Below are positions 39,603 through 47,782 of a stretch of DNA of 58,728 nt, piece after piece. Each line of letters opens with the position of its first letter. Position 1 is the first letter of the stretch. The notes under the pieces are model-generated. The model was given only the letters and a program-made list of their open reading frames with translations. It did no database searches and was not told the origin of the DNA. The position numbers and the translations under genes are program-made. Location: NCBI GenBank assembly GCA_050015075.1, contig JBEKCB010000034.1, positions 1 through 58,728 of the forward strand. The letters are read 5' to 3'. This stretch comes from Candidatus Brocadiia bacterium. Its GTDB lineage: Bacteria > Planctomycetota > Brocadiia > CAIUPP01.

Positions 39603-39899
39603 GTGAGCACCGACTCGGATAACATGACGGTCGAAGTATGGGACGCGACGGGCAACAAGAAGACCGTGGCCAGCCTCCCGCGGAACGCGCCGGTGAACCG
39701 CATCCTGGTGCTGCTGATCGAGAAGATGAACCTGCCGCGGCATAGCCCCGACGGGCAACTCATGAGCTACAAGTTCCATCACAAGGCCAGCGGAAAGCAG
39801 TTGCTCGACGAAGCCAGCCTGGAGTCCTCCGGCGTCAAAGAGGGCGATGTGCTGCGCATCCAGCCGGAGATCACCGCCGGTGCCCATGCTGAGAATTGA
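39603..39899 (+). CDS. Ubiquitin-like beta-grasp protein (YukD/EsaB-like) with C-terminal ...PEITAG-AHAEN
   Basis: 98 aa; the Ub-like C-terminal half GKQLLDEASLESSGVKEGDVLRI resembles ubiquitin [23 protein letters not shown]; adjacent to E1, JAB and E2 genes. Confidence 0.8.
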   Translation: MSTDSDNMTVEVWDATGNKKTVASLPRNAPVNRILVLLIEKMNLPRHSPDGQLMSYKFHHKASGKQLLDEASLESSGVKEGDVLRIQPEITAGAHAEN

Positions 39900-41088
39900 T
39901 TCAGGCGAGTCGAAGGAATCCGGCCGGTTCAGCCGCTTTGAACTCATCTCCTGGTGGGACCAGGATCGCCTCCGCAACGCGAGGGTGCTGGTCGTCGGGG
40001 CCGGCGCGCTGGGGAATGAGATCGTCAAGAACTGCAGCTTGCTGGGGATCGGCAATCTCCTCGTGGTGGACATGGACCGCATCGAGCTGTCGAACTTGTC
40101 CAGGTCAGTGCTGTTCCGCGAGTCGGACCGCGGCCGAAGCAAAGCAGAGGTGGCCTGCGAGTCGGCGCGCGCCATTTATCCCGATATCCGCGCCCGACCG
40201 TTCGTGGGGAACATCGTCCACGACCTCGGCCTCGGCGCCTATTTCTGGGCGGACGTGGTCATCGGCGGGCTTGACAACCGCGAGGCTCGCGTCGCCATCA
40301 ACTCCGGCGCGATGTTCGCCGGGAAACCGTGGATTGACGGCGCCATCGAGGCGCTCGACGGCGTGGCGCGGGTATTCCTGCCCGGCGACGGGCCGTGCTA
40401 TGAGTGCACGATGAGCGAGCTGGACTGGAAGCTCCTGCAGGCGCGCCGCTCCTGCGCGCTCCTCACGCGCGACGAAATGCTTGAGGGAAAGGTCCCCACC
40501 ACTCCGACGACGGCCAGCATCATCGCGGGCTTTCAGACGCAGGAGGCCGTCAAAATCCTTCATGGCATGGAGCCGATCGGCGGGCAGGGGTTCGTCTTCT
40601 CGGGCCTCGGCGGCGAGGCATACCTCGTCCGATACACCCGAAAGCCGGACTGCGGCGCGCACGACACGGCGGAGCGCGTGGAGCCGCTGGGCCATGGAGT
40701 CGGCGCGGTGACGGTGGGGGACCTGCTGGAAAGGGCCCGCCGCGATTTGGGCGGGGAGGCGGTGATCGGGCTCAGCCGCGACGTCGTTGCCGCGCTGATC
40801 TGTCCGAAGTGCGATCGCCGCGAAACCCTCTTCCGTTCCCTGGGCCGGGTGACGGAGGCCGAAGCGCTCTGCCCGGACTGCGGCGACCCCCGCGCGCCGG
40901 AGACGATCCTGACCGTCGCGCCCGATTCCGGGTTGAGCGACCGCACCTTCTCGGAAATCGGCCTGCCCGAATTCGACGTGGTCGTTGCCCGGCGCGGCGA
41001 AGCGTCGGTCGCTTATCTTTTCGATGGCGACGCCGAGCGCGTTCTGGGCGAACTGCGCCCCATGGACCTCAAGGAGTCCCCCAGTTGA
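39886..41088 (+). CDS. E1-like ThiF-family adenylyltransferase (ubiquitin-activating enzyme)
   Basis: VVGAGALGNE, DMDRIELSNLSR, GLDNREAR, CYEC...RRSC (putative catalytic Cys), PTT, and an extra C-terminal zinc ribbon CPKC..CPDC. Confidence 0.88.
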   Translation: MLRIDSGESKESGRFSRFELISWWDQDRLRNARVLVVGAGALGNEIVKNCSLLGIGNLLVVDMDRIELSNLSRSVLFRESDRGRSKAEVACESARAIYPDIRARPFVGNIVHDLGLGAYFWADVVIGGLDNREARVAINSGAMFAGKPWIDGAIEALDGVARVFLPGDGPCYECTMSELDWKLLQARRSCALLTRDEMLEGKVPTTPTTASIIAGFQTQEAVKILHGMEPIGGQGFVFSGLGGEAYLVRYTRKPDCGAHDTAERVEPLGHGVGAVTVGDLLERARRDLGGEAVIGLSRDVVAALICPKCDRRETLFRSLGRVTEAEALCPDCGDPRAPETILTVAPDSGLSDRTFSEIGLPEFDVVVARRGEASVAYLFDGDAERVLGELRPMDLKESPS

Positions 41089-42428
41089 CGAAGAACGAGT
41101 CAACCCCCGGCGCGAAGAAGTCCGATTTCGGCCGCATCGAAATGAAGGACCTCAAAGCGGCGAAGTTCCCGGTGAATCTCGCCGGCGAGTACCGCGTCCA
41201 TCTCACCCGGAACGCCGGCGACAAGATGAAAGCCCACGCCGCAACGACCAGCGAAGTTGAACTGTGCGGCGTTCTCGTCGGCGAGATCTGCAAGGACGAC
41301 CTGGGCGCCTTCGTCGAGATCTCCGATGTCATCGAGGGCCGGGCGGCGAACAATTACGGGTCCCAGGTGACGTTCACGCACGAGACGTGGTCGCACATTC
41401 ATTCCGCCATGGACCAGAAGCACCCGGGAAAGCGCATCGTGGGCTGGTATCACACGCATCCCGGGTTCGGCGTGTTCCTTTCCGGCATGGATACGTTCAT
41501 CCAGGAGAACTTCTTCAACGAGCCCTACCAGGTGGCGATCGTCATCGAGACGAAACAGCAGCAACTCGGTTGCTTTGCGTGGAAGAACGGGAAGTCCGTG
41601 CCGCTGAGGCGCCTCTGGATCGGCGACGACGAGGTCCTGCTCCAGACGGGCGAGGCGGAGCCGTTCGACCCTGAAGCTCGGTCGTCGCAGAAGTCCGAGC
41701 GGGAACCGGAGCCGGCCCGGCAAGGCGGCCGGCCGAGCTGGGGCCTCGGCACGCTGCTCGGCATCGCGTGCGGCTGCATGGTCGGGTGGCTCGCCGGCCG
41801 CTACATCTCCGCGGCCGAAGTCCAGCGCGCGGCGATGGATTCCATCCAGTCGGAGGTCTACTCGATACTGGAATACGCCGCCATGAACGTGTCCGCGGGC
41901 AAGGACTTTGAGGACGTTGAAGACCGCCTCGGCAAGATCGAGGGGCTGCTGAAGGACCACAAAGAGAAGGAGGCCCTCGAGGCGCTCCAGGGCTGCGAGA
42001 AAATGATTGCCGGGATCAAGGGCACGTACCAACTGGACCGATCCCGATTCCGGAGCGATATGGCCGACGTGGCCGCGCGGAAGCGCACCCTGGCGCAGAG
42101 CGTCCAGGCGACCGAGCAACGCGAGTCGGTGCTCGAGGAGTACCTTGCAGATCTTTACCTGACAAGGATCAACTCATTTTTCGCTGAAGCCGGAACGACC
42201 GACTTGGCCAAATTCCCGCCGCAGCTCCAGCAGATGGTCAAGATATGCCTCGACCGGTCGCTGACTCTGTGTCCGGAGGCCAAGCCCCAAATCCAGCAGA
42301 TGTATCCCGGCCTCATCGAGTTCTTCTATCCGGAGCCGAAGCCGCCAGCGGGTGCCGCGGAGGGAAAGCCTGGCGCTGAAAAGGCGCCGCGAGGGAAGAC
42401 AAGCACAACGCCGGAGGCCGCGCGATGA
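41085..42428 (+). CDS. JAB/MPN+ (Mov34) metalloprotease with a TM anchor and helical C-terminal domain
   Basis: ELCGVLVG and JAMM motif GWYHTHPGFGVFLSGMD; TM GLGTLLGIACGCMVGWLAG. TTG start overlaps the E1 TGA, with an AAGGAG RBS. Confidence 0.85.
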   Translation: MTKNESTPGAKKSDFGRIEMKDLKAAKFPVNLAGEYRVHLTRNAGDKMKAHAATTSEVELCGVLVGEICKDDLGAFVEISDVIEGRAANNYGSQVTFTHETWSHIHSAMDQKHPGKRIVGWYHTHPGFGVFLSGMDTFIQENFFNEPYQVAIVIETKQQQLGCFAWKNGKSVPLRRLWIGDDEVLLQTGEAEPFDPEARSSQKSEREPEPARQGGRPSWGLGTLLGIACGCMVGWLAGRYISAAEVQRAAMDSIQSEVYSILEYAAMNVSAGKDFEDVEDRLGKIEGLLKDHKEKEALEALQGCEKMIAGIKGTYQLDRSRFRSDMADVAARKRTLAQSVQATEQRESVLEEYLADLYLTRINSFFAEAGTTDLAKFPPQLQQMVKICLDRSLTLCPEAKPQIQQMYPGLIEFFYPEPKPPAGAAEGKPGAEKAPRGKTSTTPEAAR

Positions 42429-42465
42429 CGACGGACCCCGGCACGATAGTCCGTGAGGGCAGAAC

Positions 42466-43527
42466 ATGGCTGACGTGACGATCACCCGCGAGGAACTGAA
42501 CGACCCGAAGATTGACGAGGTGATTAACCTCGAGAAATCGCTCGCGCAAACCGGGGGACAATTCATCGAGGACGTGAAGACGCCGTTCTATCTGAACCCG
42601 GTCGTCTACTACGCCACGGCCTGCGTGCTCGGGGCGTTCTCGGCGTGGTGCGTTTTCGAGCCGTTCTACAACGAGGGGCCGGGCCCGGGGATTCCCTTCG
42701 TCAGCGACTATCTCCTGTTCGGTTTGGCGGCGGCGCTCATGGGGTTGGCCATGGGCGTGATATACGGCGCGGCAAACCACAACGGGCGGGACTGCTTCTA
42801 CTGTGGCGCCGTCGGCGTCGGCGTGGGGCTCCTTGCAACGATCGTGACAACGCTCCTGGCGGACCTCTGTTTCGGCGTCCTCTCACATATCGCCCTCGCG
42901 ATATCCGGCCGGAAAGGCTATGTCCGCTTTGCCGACCTGCGGGGCGGGGCATTCTTTCTGGCCATGTGCGGGCGGGCGCTCGCCTGGGCGATCGTCAGCG
43001 CGGGCGCCGGGCTCGGCCTGGGCGTCGCCTTGAAGTCCAAGAAACTGATCTTGAACGGACTGGCCGGCGGGCTGGTAGGCGGCACGCTCGGCGGATTGCT
43101 CTTCGACCCGATCGGACGGTGGCTGCTCAGCGCGCAAAGCAGCGCCGCCGCGAGCCGCGCGGTCGGAATGACGGCCATCGGGCTGCTCGTCGGGCTCTTT
43201 GTCGGGTTGTTCGAGAATATTTCCAAGGACTCCTGGTTCCTGATGCTCAAAGGCCCGCTGGCGGGCAAACAGTTCAGCATCTTCAAGAGCCCGATGACCA
43301 TCGGCTCGGCCCCCAAGCGCAACATCTACCTCTTCAAGGACGCCGAGATAGACCCTCTGCACGCAAGCGTCATCAAATCCGGCAACCGGTACATGCTTCA
43401 AGATGAGGGCAGCAAGAGCGGGACGTTTGTAAACGGGCGCCGGGTGGACAAGTACGTCCTTCGCCCGGGTGACGTCGTCACGATCGGCCAGACGGTCCTG
43501 AAGTATCATGAGAAACAGAAATCGTAA
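42466..43527 (+). CDS. Multi-TM membrane protein with a C-terminal FHA domain
   Basis: About 7 Gly-rich TM segments, then TIGS...H...LQDEGSKSGTFVNG...LRPGDVVTIG. Confidence 0.8.
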   Translation: MADVTITREELNDPKIDEVINLEKSLAQTGGQFIEDVKTPFYLNPVVYYATACVLGAFSAWCVFEPFYNEGPGPGIPFVSDYLLFGLAAALMGLAMGVIYGAANHNGRDCFYCGAVGVGVGLLATIVTTLLADLCFGVLSHIALAISGRKGYVRFADLRGGAFFLAMCGRALAWAIVSAGAGLGLGVALKSKKLILNGLAGGLVGGTLGGLLFDPIGRWLLSAQSSAAASRAVGMTAIGLLVGLFVGLFENISKDSWFLMLKGPLAGKQFSIFKSPMTIGSAPKRNIYLFKDAEIDPLHASVIKSGNRYMLQDEGSKSGTFVNGRRVDKYVLRPGDVVTIGQTVLKYHEKQKS

Positions 43528-43550
43528 GGCCTGACGCCGGGAGACTCGGC

Positions 43551-44357
43551 TTGGGAGAAGGGACCACTAAAGGGACGACGCAGGTCTGCCCGAACTGCGG
43601 TGCCAGGCTGGCGGTCACGCCCGAGTTGCTCGGGCGGAAGTGCCGGTGCGCCCAATGCATGAAGGTATTCATCGCCGGCGAAGAGGCGCCGGCGCAAGCC
43701 GCGTCGGCGCAGCCGATGCCGGGTCCTTCCGTGGAAGCGCCTCCGGCGCGGCCGGCGGCTGCTGCAACTCCGCCGCCCGCGGCGGCGTCCGCCGCGCCCA
43801 TCTCGCCCGCCGACGATCTTCCGGAGTTCATGAAGGCGAACCGCAGGATCGCTCAACGCGCCTGCTCGAGGTGCGGCGCGCAGCTTGAATTGGGCGACGA
43901 TGTCTTCAACTGTCGCGCTTGCGGTTCCAGTATGCATCAGGCCTGTCACACCGCCGTCGGCGGCTGCGCGAATCCCTCCTGTCCGCAAACGAAAGTCGGC
44001 GGCGAACTTTCACTGGTGTCCGCACCGCCCGTGGAGAGTCCTCCGGCCGCGCCCATGGCCGCCGACGAGACACCCTGCCGGTTCTGCGGCGAGCGGATCA
44101 AGGTCGGCGCCCGGAAGTGCCGATTCTGCAATGAATTCCAGTCGGAAGCCGACCGCGGGAAAGCCCAAGGAAGGACTCCCTCGGACGAGAAGCTCAACGC
44201 TTGGGAAATCCTCCTGGGCATCCTGTGCGCCGGCATCGGCTGTATCGTGGGCATTGTCTATATCGTTCAGGGCAAGAAGAAGGGCTGGAAGCTGTTGTTG
44301 CTTTCGATCATCATGTGGATTATCTTTTACATCATCAGGGCGGCGGCTAAGCGGTAG
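43551..44357 (+). CDS. Zinc ribbon + prokaryotic RING finger + zinc ribbon + 2 TM (putative E3)
   Basis: CPNC..CAQC; RING C-x2-C-x12-C-x2-C-x4-H-x2-C-x6-C-x4-C at 43863-43982; CRFC..CRFC; start uncertain. Confidence 0.75.
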   Translation: MGEGTTKGTTQVCPNCGARLAVTPELLGRKCRCAQCMKVFIAGEEAPAQAASAQPMPGPSVEAPPARPAAAATPPPAAASAAPISPADDLPEFMKANRRIAQRACSRCGAQLELGDDVFNCRACGSSMHQACHTAVGGCANPSCPQTKVGGELSLVSAPPVESPPAAPMAADETPCRFCGERIKVGARKCRFCNEFQSEADRGKAQGRTPSDEKLNAWEILLGILCAGIGCIVGIVYIVQGKKKGWKLLLLSIIMWIIFYIIRAAAKR

Positions 44358-44392
44358 CTGGTCCCGGCCTGAAGGTGCGCCGGAGAGAATCC

Positions 44393-45007
44393 ATGGCCGA
44401 GGCTGACGCGAAGTCCGACATCCATGTGCTTGCGGCGGAGTCTTCGACGGCGGGCAAGATGTGCTCGATTTGCCAAAGCCAGATCATCATGGGCGAGCGC
44501 ATCCTGAAGTGTCCGTCGTGCACGCTGCCGTTTCATAAGGACTGCTGGATCGAGAACGGCGGTTGCGCGCAGTACGGTTGCAAAAGCGCCCCGCAAACGG
44601 CGAAGTCCGAACCGGCCTCGGGCTTGGCGAGCAACGTCTGGGGCGAAGAGAAGCCCTGTCCATCGTGCAGGAAACTGATCCGCGCTCAGGCGGTCAAGTG
44701 CCGGTTCTGCGGTGCGAGCTTCGGGACGTCCGAGATCCTCTCGGCCGACCAGTATGCCAGCCGGGAGTACGAGGGACAGGAGCACCTGCGAGTGCGGAAC
44801 AAAGTCATTGGCCTGTTCCTCGCGTCCCTCACGGGCTTCCTCTCGCCCATAACGGTCATCCTGTTCGCGCTGCTCGTTTTCGGCAAGCGCTTTTACGGTA
44901 TTGAGTACCGGCGTCTGCCTCAGGCCATCCGCGCGTTGGCCTGGATCGGCTTGGGGATCAGCGGCCTGTTCGTTTTGCTCCTCGTCCTGTTCGTGGCTTT
45001 CGATTGA
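44393..45007 (+). CDS. Prokaryotic RING finger + zinc ribbon + 2 TM (putative E3)
   Basis: CSICQSQIIMGERILKCPSCTLPFHKDCWIENGGCAQYGC at 44462-44581; CPSC..CRFC; GGAG RBS. Confidence 0.8.
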   Translation: MAEADAKSDIHVLAAESSTAGKMCSICQSQIIMGERILKCPSCTLPFHKDCWIENGGCAQYGCKSAPQTAKSEPASGLASNVWGEEKPCPSCRKLIRAQAVKCRFCGASFGTSEILSADQYASREYEGQEHLRVRNKVIGLFLASLTGFLSPITVILFALLVFGKRFYGIEYRRLPQAIRALAWIGLGISGLFVLLLVLFVAFD

Positions 45008-45018
45008 ATCGGCGGGTT

Positions 45019-46332
45019 ATGGCTGAAACACCTGAAGCGATGGTCGCGAGCAGCTTTCAGGCCGGCAACACGTGCCCGGCATGCCAGCGGCTCATCGAGG
45101 AGAATCAGCGGATCATCCGGTGCGACCAGTGCGGCGGACTGCACCACGAGTTGTGCTGGCAGGTGCAGGCCGGATGCTCGTCGTACCATTGCGATAAGCG
45201 GGCGCGTGCGGACTTCGGCCGGCTCCAGGCCGATCTCGTGATCAGCGCCTCCGACGCCGAGCGTGTGGTGGTGCCGCCAATGCCGCCGCGTGCGCGGACC
45301 GAGGAGCTGGCGCGGATGTACCTCCCTGAAGAGCCGAAGCGCCTCAGCAGGCTGGCGGTCGCAGCCTCGGTCCTGGCCGTTCTGAGTGCGATGACCGTGT
45401 GGGGTGTGGCCGCTGAGACTTGGCCGCTCGCCGTGTGCGGGTTCGCGCTGGCCCTGATCGCCCTCGTCACGGGCATCATCGGCCTCGTGGTCATTTACAC
45501 GGGCGGGAGGGCCAAGGGACTGAAGCTTGCCGGGACCGCGCTCGGCTTCACCGCCGCGGTGATGCTCGTCTCGGTGGGCATCCTCGCGCTGCGGGAAAGG
45601 GGGTCGCGCGGAGACTCCGCCGCGGTCCTTGACTTCTCCAACAGCGCGCCGAGCGAGGAGACGCTCAGCCGTCTTGATCCGATCAAGGCCAACGCGCTGC
45701 GGGCGAACGTCGTCGTCCGGGCGCAAGGCGGCGGATGGCTCTCCAGCGCGACGCTCTTCGGCTCGGGGACCATCTTGAGGGTCGTCGGCCAGCGGGCGTT
45801 TATCCTCACCAACCGCCATGCGATCGAGCACGAGGGCGCCATTTTGAAACGTATCGAGGTTCTGTTCCACAACGGCGAGCGGAGCGGGGCCGTCGTGGAG
45901 TGGCTGGCCCCGGGCGGAATGGACATCGCCATCCTCTCGTGCCAGGCGCTCACGCTGACGGGAATTGAACCGGCGAAGCTCGCCTCGGACCTTGCGGCGC
46001 AGAGCGAGCGCGTCTTTGTCATCGGGAACCCTCTGAACCTCTCCTGGAGCTACAGTGAAGGGGTGATTTGCGCCACGCGCTCCCAGAACACGGGAGACCG
46101 CGCGATTTCCGTGTACCAGACCCAGGCGCCGACCCGTCCCGGCAGCAGCGGAGGCGGATTGTACGACATGAGCGGCACCCTGCTGGGGGTGAACACGTGG
46201 ACGGAAAACACCACGACCGGCGAGGGCATGTCGTTCGCCATCTCCACGAAGAGCATCTTGGAAGCGCTGCCGGCAGAGGCCGCCGCCCGCTTCCTGCAGC
46301 AGGGCGCCGAGGCGCCGCAAGGGGCGCAGTAA
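45019..46332 (+). CDS. Prokaryotic RING finger + 3 TM + trypsin-like serine protease
   Basis: RING at 45073-45192; catalytic triad LTNRH, MDIAIL and PGSSGG. Alternative TTG start at 45004 overlaps the previous stop. Confidence 0.85.
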   Translation: MAETPEAMVASSFQAGNTCPACQRLIEENQRIIRCDQCGGLHHELCWQVQAGCSSYHCDKRARADFGRLQADLVISASDAERVVVPPMPPRARTEELARMYLPEEPKRLSRLAVAASVLAVLSAMTVWGVAAETWPLAVCGFALALIALVTGIIGLVVIYTGGRAKGLKLAGTALGFTAAVMLVSVGILALRERGSRGDSAAVLDFSNSAPSEETLSRLDPIKANALRANVVVRAQGGGWLSSATLFGSGTILRVVGQRAFILTNRHAIEHEGAILKRIEVLFHNGERSGAVVEWLAPGGMDIAILSCQALTLTGIEPAKLASDLAAQSERVFVIGNPLNLSWSYSEGVICATRSQNTGDRAISVYQTQAPTRPGSSGGGLYDMSGTLLGVNTWTENTTTGEGMSFAISTKSILEALPAEAAARFLQQGAEAPQGAQ

Positions 46333-47249
46333 TGAGCACCATGCGACTTCGCCGACTGAAGGCTGACTACGACAAGATCTGCACGATGTTCAGCGGCAAG
46401 TCGCCCATCCGCGTCAAAGAGGCCCGTGGCACGCCGCCGGAGAAATACCAGATCGAGTTCCTCGTGACGAGCCTGCAGCAAGACCCGATGACGCACGCAC
46501 TCCGCAGCCACAACTGCTTTATCGCCGAGATCACGCTCACGGCGGCGTACCCGCGTATGGCGCCGCAATGCCGGATGATCACACCTGCTTTCCATCCCAA
46601 TATCGCTCCGCACGCCATCTGCATCGGCGACCACTGGGCTGCGGGCGAATCGCTCCCGTTTCTCATTGTGCGTATCGCCGAGATGGTCGCGTTTCAATCG
46701 TACAATGTCAAGAGCCCGCTCAACGGCGAGGCCGCCCGCTGGGTCGAAGCGAACAAAGCCAGCGTCCCGACCGACACGCGTGACTTCTCCGCGCTGCTTT
46801 CCGTCGGCGAGGCCGTCGCCCGCAGCCGGGACGGCGCCGTAGTGACCAGCTCCGAATGCGCTAACTGCGGAAAGCCCGCCGGCGCGGCGCCGATGAAAGT
46901 CTGCGTCAACCAGCACACCACGTGCGACGACTGCGCGCTGGAGTGTGCGGTCTGCAAGAGCGTGCTCTGCCTGAAATGTCCTCAGGAGCGTTGCGCGCTC
47001 TGCGGCGCCACGGCTTGCCACCGCTGCCTGGTGCGGTGCAACTGCTGCAACCGGATCGCCTGCTCAAAGCACGCCGGTCCATGCCACGTCTGTGGGCTGG
47101 GAACCTGCGCGGAATGCCTCGTCCGCTGCGACGCGTGCGGGCGGCTCGCCTGCGTCCAGCACATCACCAAAGCGCTGGTTGACGGCGGGAGGAAATACCA
47201 TTGCACGGCATGCACCGGCCAGGCCCAACAGCCGCACGCGCTCTCCTGA
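46332..47249 (+). CDS. E2 ubiquitin-conjugating (UBC) enzyme with a C-terminal multi-zinc-finger tail
   Basis: RLRRLKADY, YPRMAP, FHPNIAPHAIC (catalytic Cys), W, and SPLNGEAA; 14 Cys/His ligand pairs follow; TAATG overlap with the protease stop. Confidence 0.88.
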   Translation: MSTMRLRRLKADYDKICTMFSGKSPIRVKEARGTPPEKYQIEFLVTSLQQDPMTHALRSHNCFIAEITLTAAYPRMAPQCRMITPAFHPNIAPHAICIGDHWAAGESLPFLIVRIAEMVAFQSYNVKSPLNGEAARWVEANKASVPTDTRDFSALLSVGEAVARSRDGAVVTSSECANCGKPAGAAPMKVCVNQHTTCDDCALECAVCKSVLCLKCPQERCALCGATACHRCLVRCNCCNRIACSKHAGPCHVCGLGTCAECLVRCDACGRLACVQHITKALVDGGRKYHCTACTGQAQQPHALS

Positions 47250-47782
47250 CCGCCGAGGTTGAATGGGCGTCAGGCCAGGCGGCGTCAGCCCATACGTCCG
47301 CAGAGGCGACTGCGGCCAGGCGCGCCTACGGTTTTCTTCTGCCCCCCGAAGCGGATCTGGCCTGCGACGCGCGCACAAACTGGACCTACCTGCTCATCCT
47401 GCTGGCCTTTCTGATCCTGCCGTTCGTGGTCCGGTTCGAGCCGAAGGTGAGTGCCTCTCCGACACTCTTCGGTTTCAACCTTCCGTCCATGTGTCCCTGC
47501 CGCGAGATTTTCGGAGTGAATTGCCCCGGCTGTGGGCTGACTCGTTCCTTTGTACTGCTCGCGCACGGACATATCGGCGAGTCGCTGCGGTACCACCGGC
47601 TGGGGATTGTGCTCTATGGGGTCTTCGGTTGGCAGGCGATCTTCCGCATCTGCTGCATCGCGCGGCGGTCACGGCCGATCCCGCATTCCTTACTCACTTT
47701 GCAACGGGTGGTTCCGGCAGTCGTGATCGTTCTATTGATCGTGAACTGGGCGGTGAATCTGCTCCCGCTGCCATATCTGTGA
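47201..47782 (+). CDS. DUF2752-family small membrane protein (true start unresolved)
   Basis: CPCREIFGVNCPGCGLTRSF..LAHG signature with flanking TM helices. Confidence 0.7.
   Translation: MHGMHRPGPTAARALLTAEVEWASGQAASAHTSAEATAARRAYGFLLPPEADLACDARTNWTYLLILLAFLILPFVVRFEPKVSASPTLFGFNLPSMCPCREIFGVNCPGCGLTRSFVLLAHGHIGESLRYHRLGIVLYGVFGWQAIFRICCIARRSRPIPHSLLTLQRVVPAVVIVLLIVNWAVNLLPLPYL

Noticed and set aside
39603-42428. Reading Ubl, ThiF and JAB as a ThiS/MoaD sulfur-carrier pathway
   Set aside because: No thiamine, molybdopterin or cysteine synthesis genes and no rhodanese domain are present, while an E2 and RING proteins share the operon.
39603-43527. Reading the YukD-like Ubl and FHA protein as type VII secretion
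   Set aside because: No FtsK/EssC ATPase or WXG100 proteins are in the window.
39886-47249. CBASS Cap2/Cap3 or Pycsar ancillary module
   Set aside because: No CD-NTase, cyclase or effector is recognisable; E1 and E2 are separate genes and a dedicated Ubl is present.
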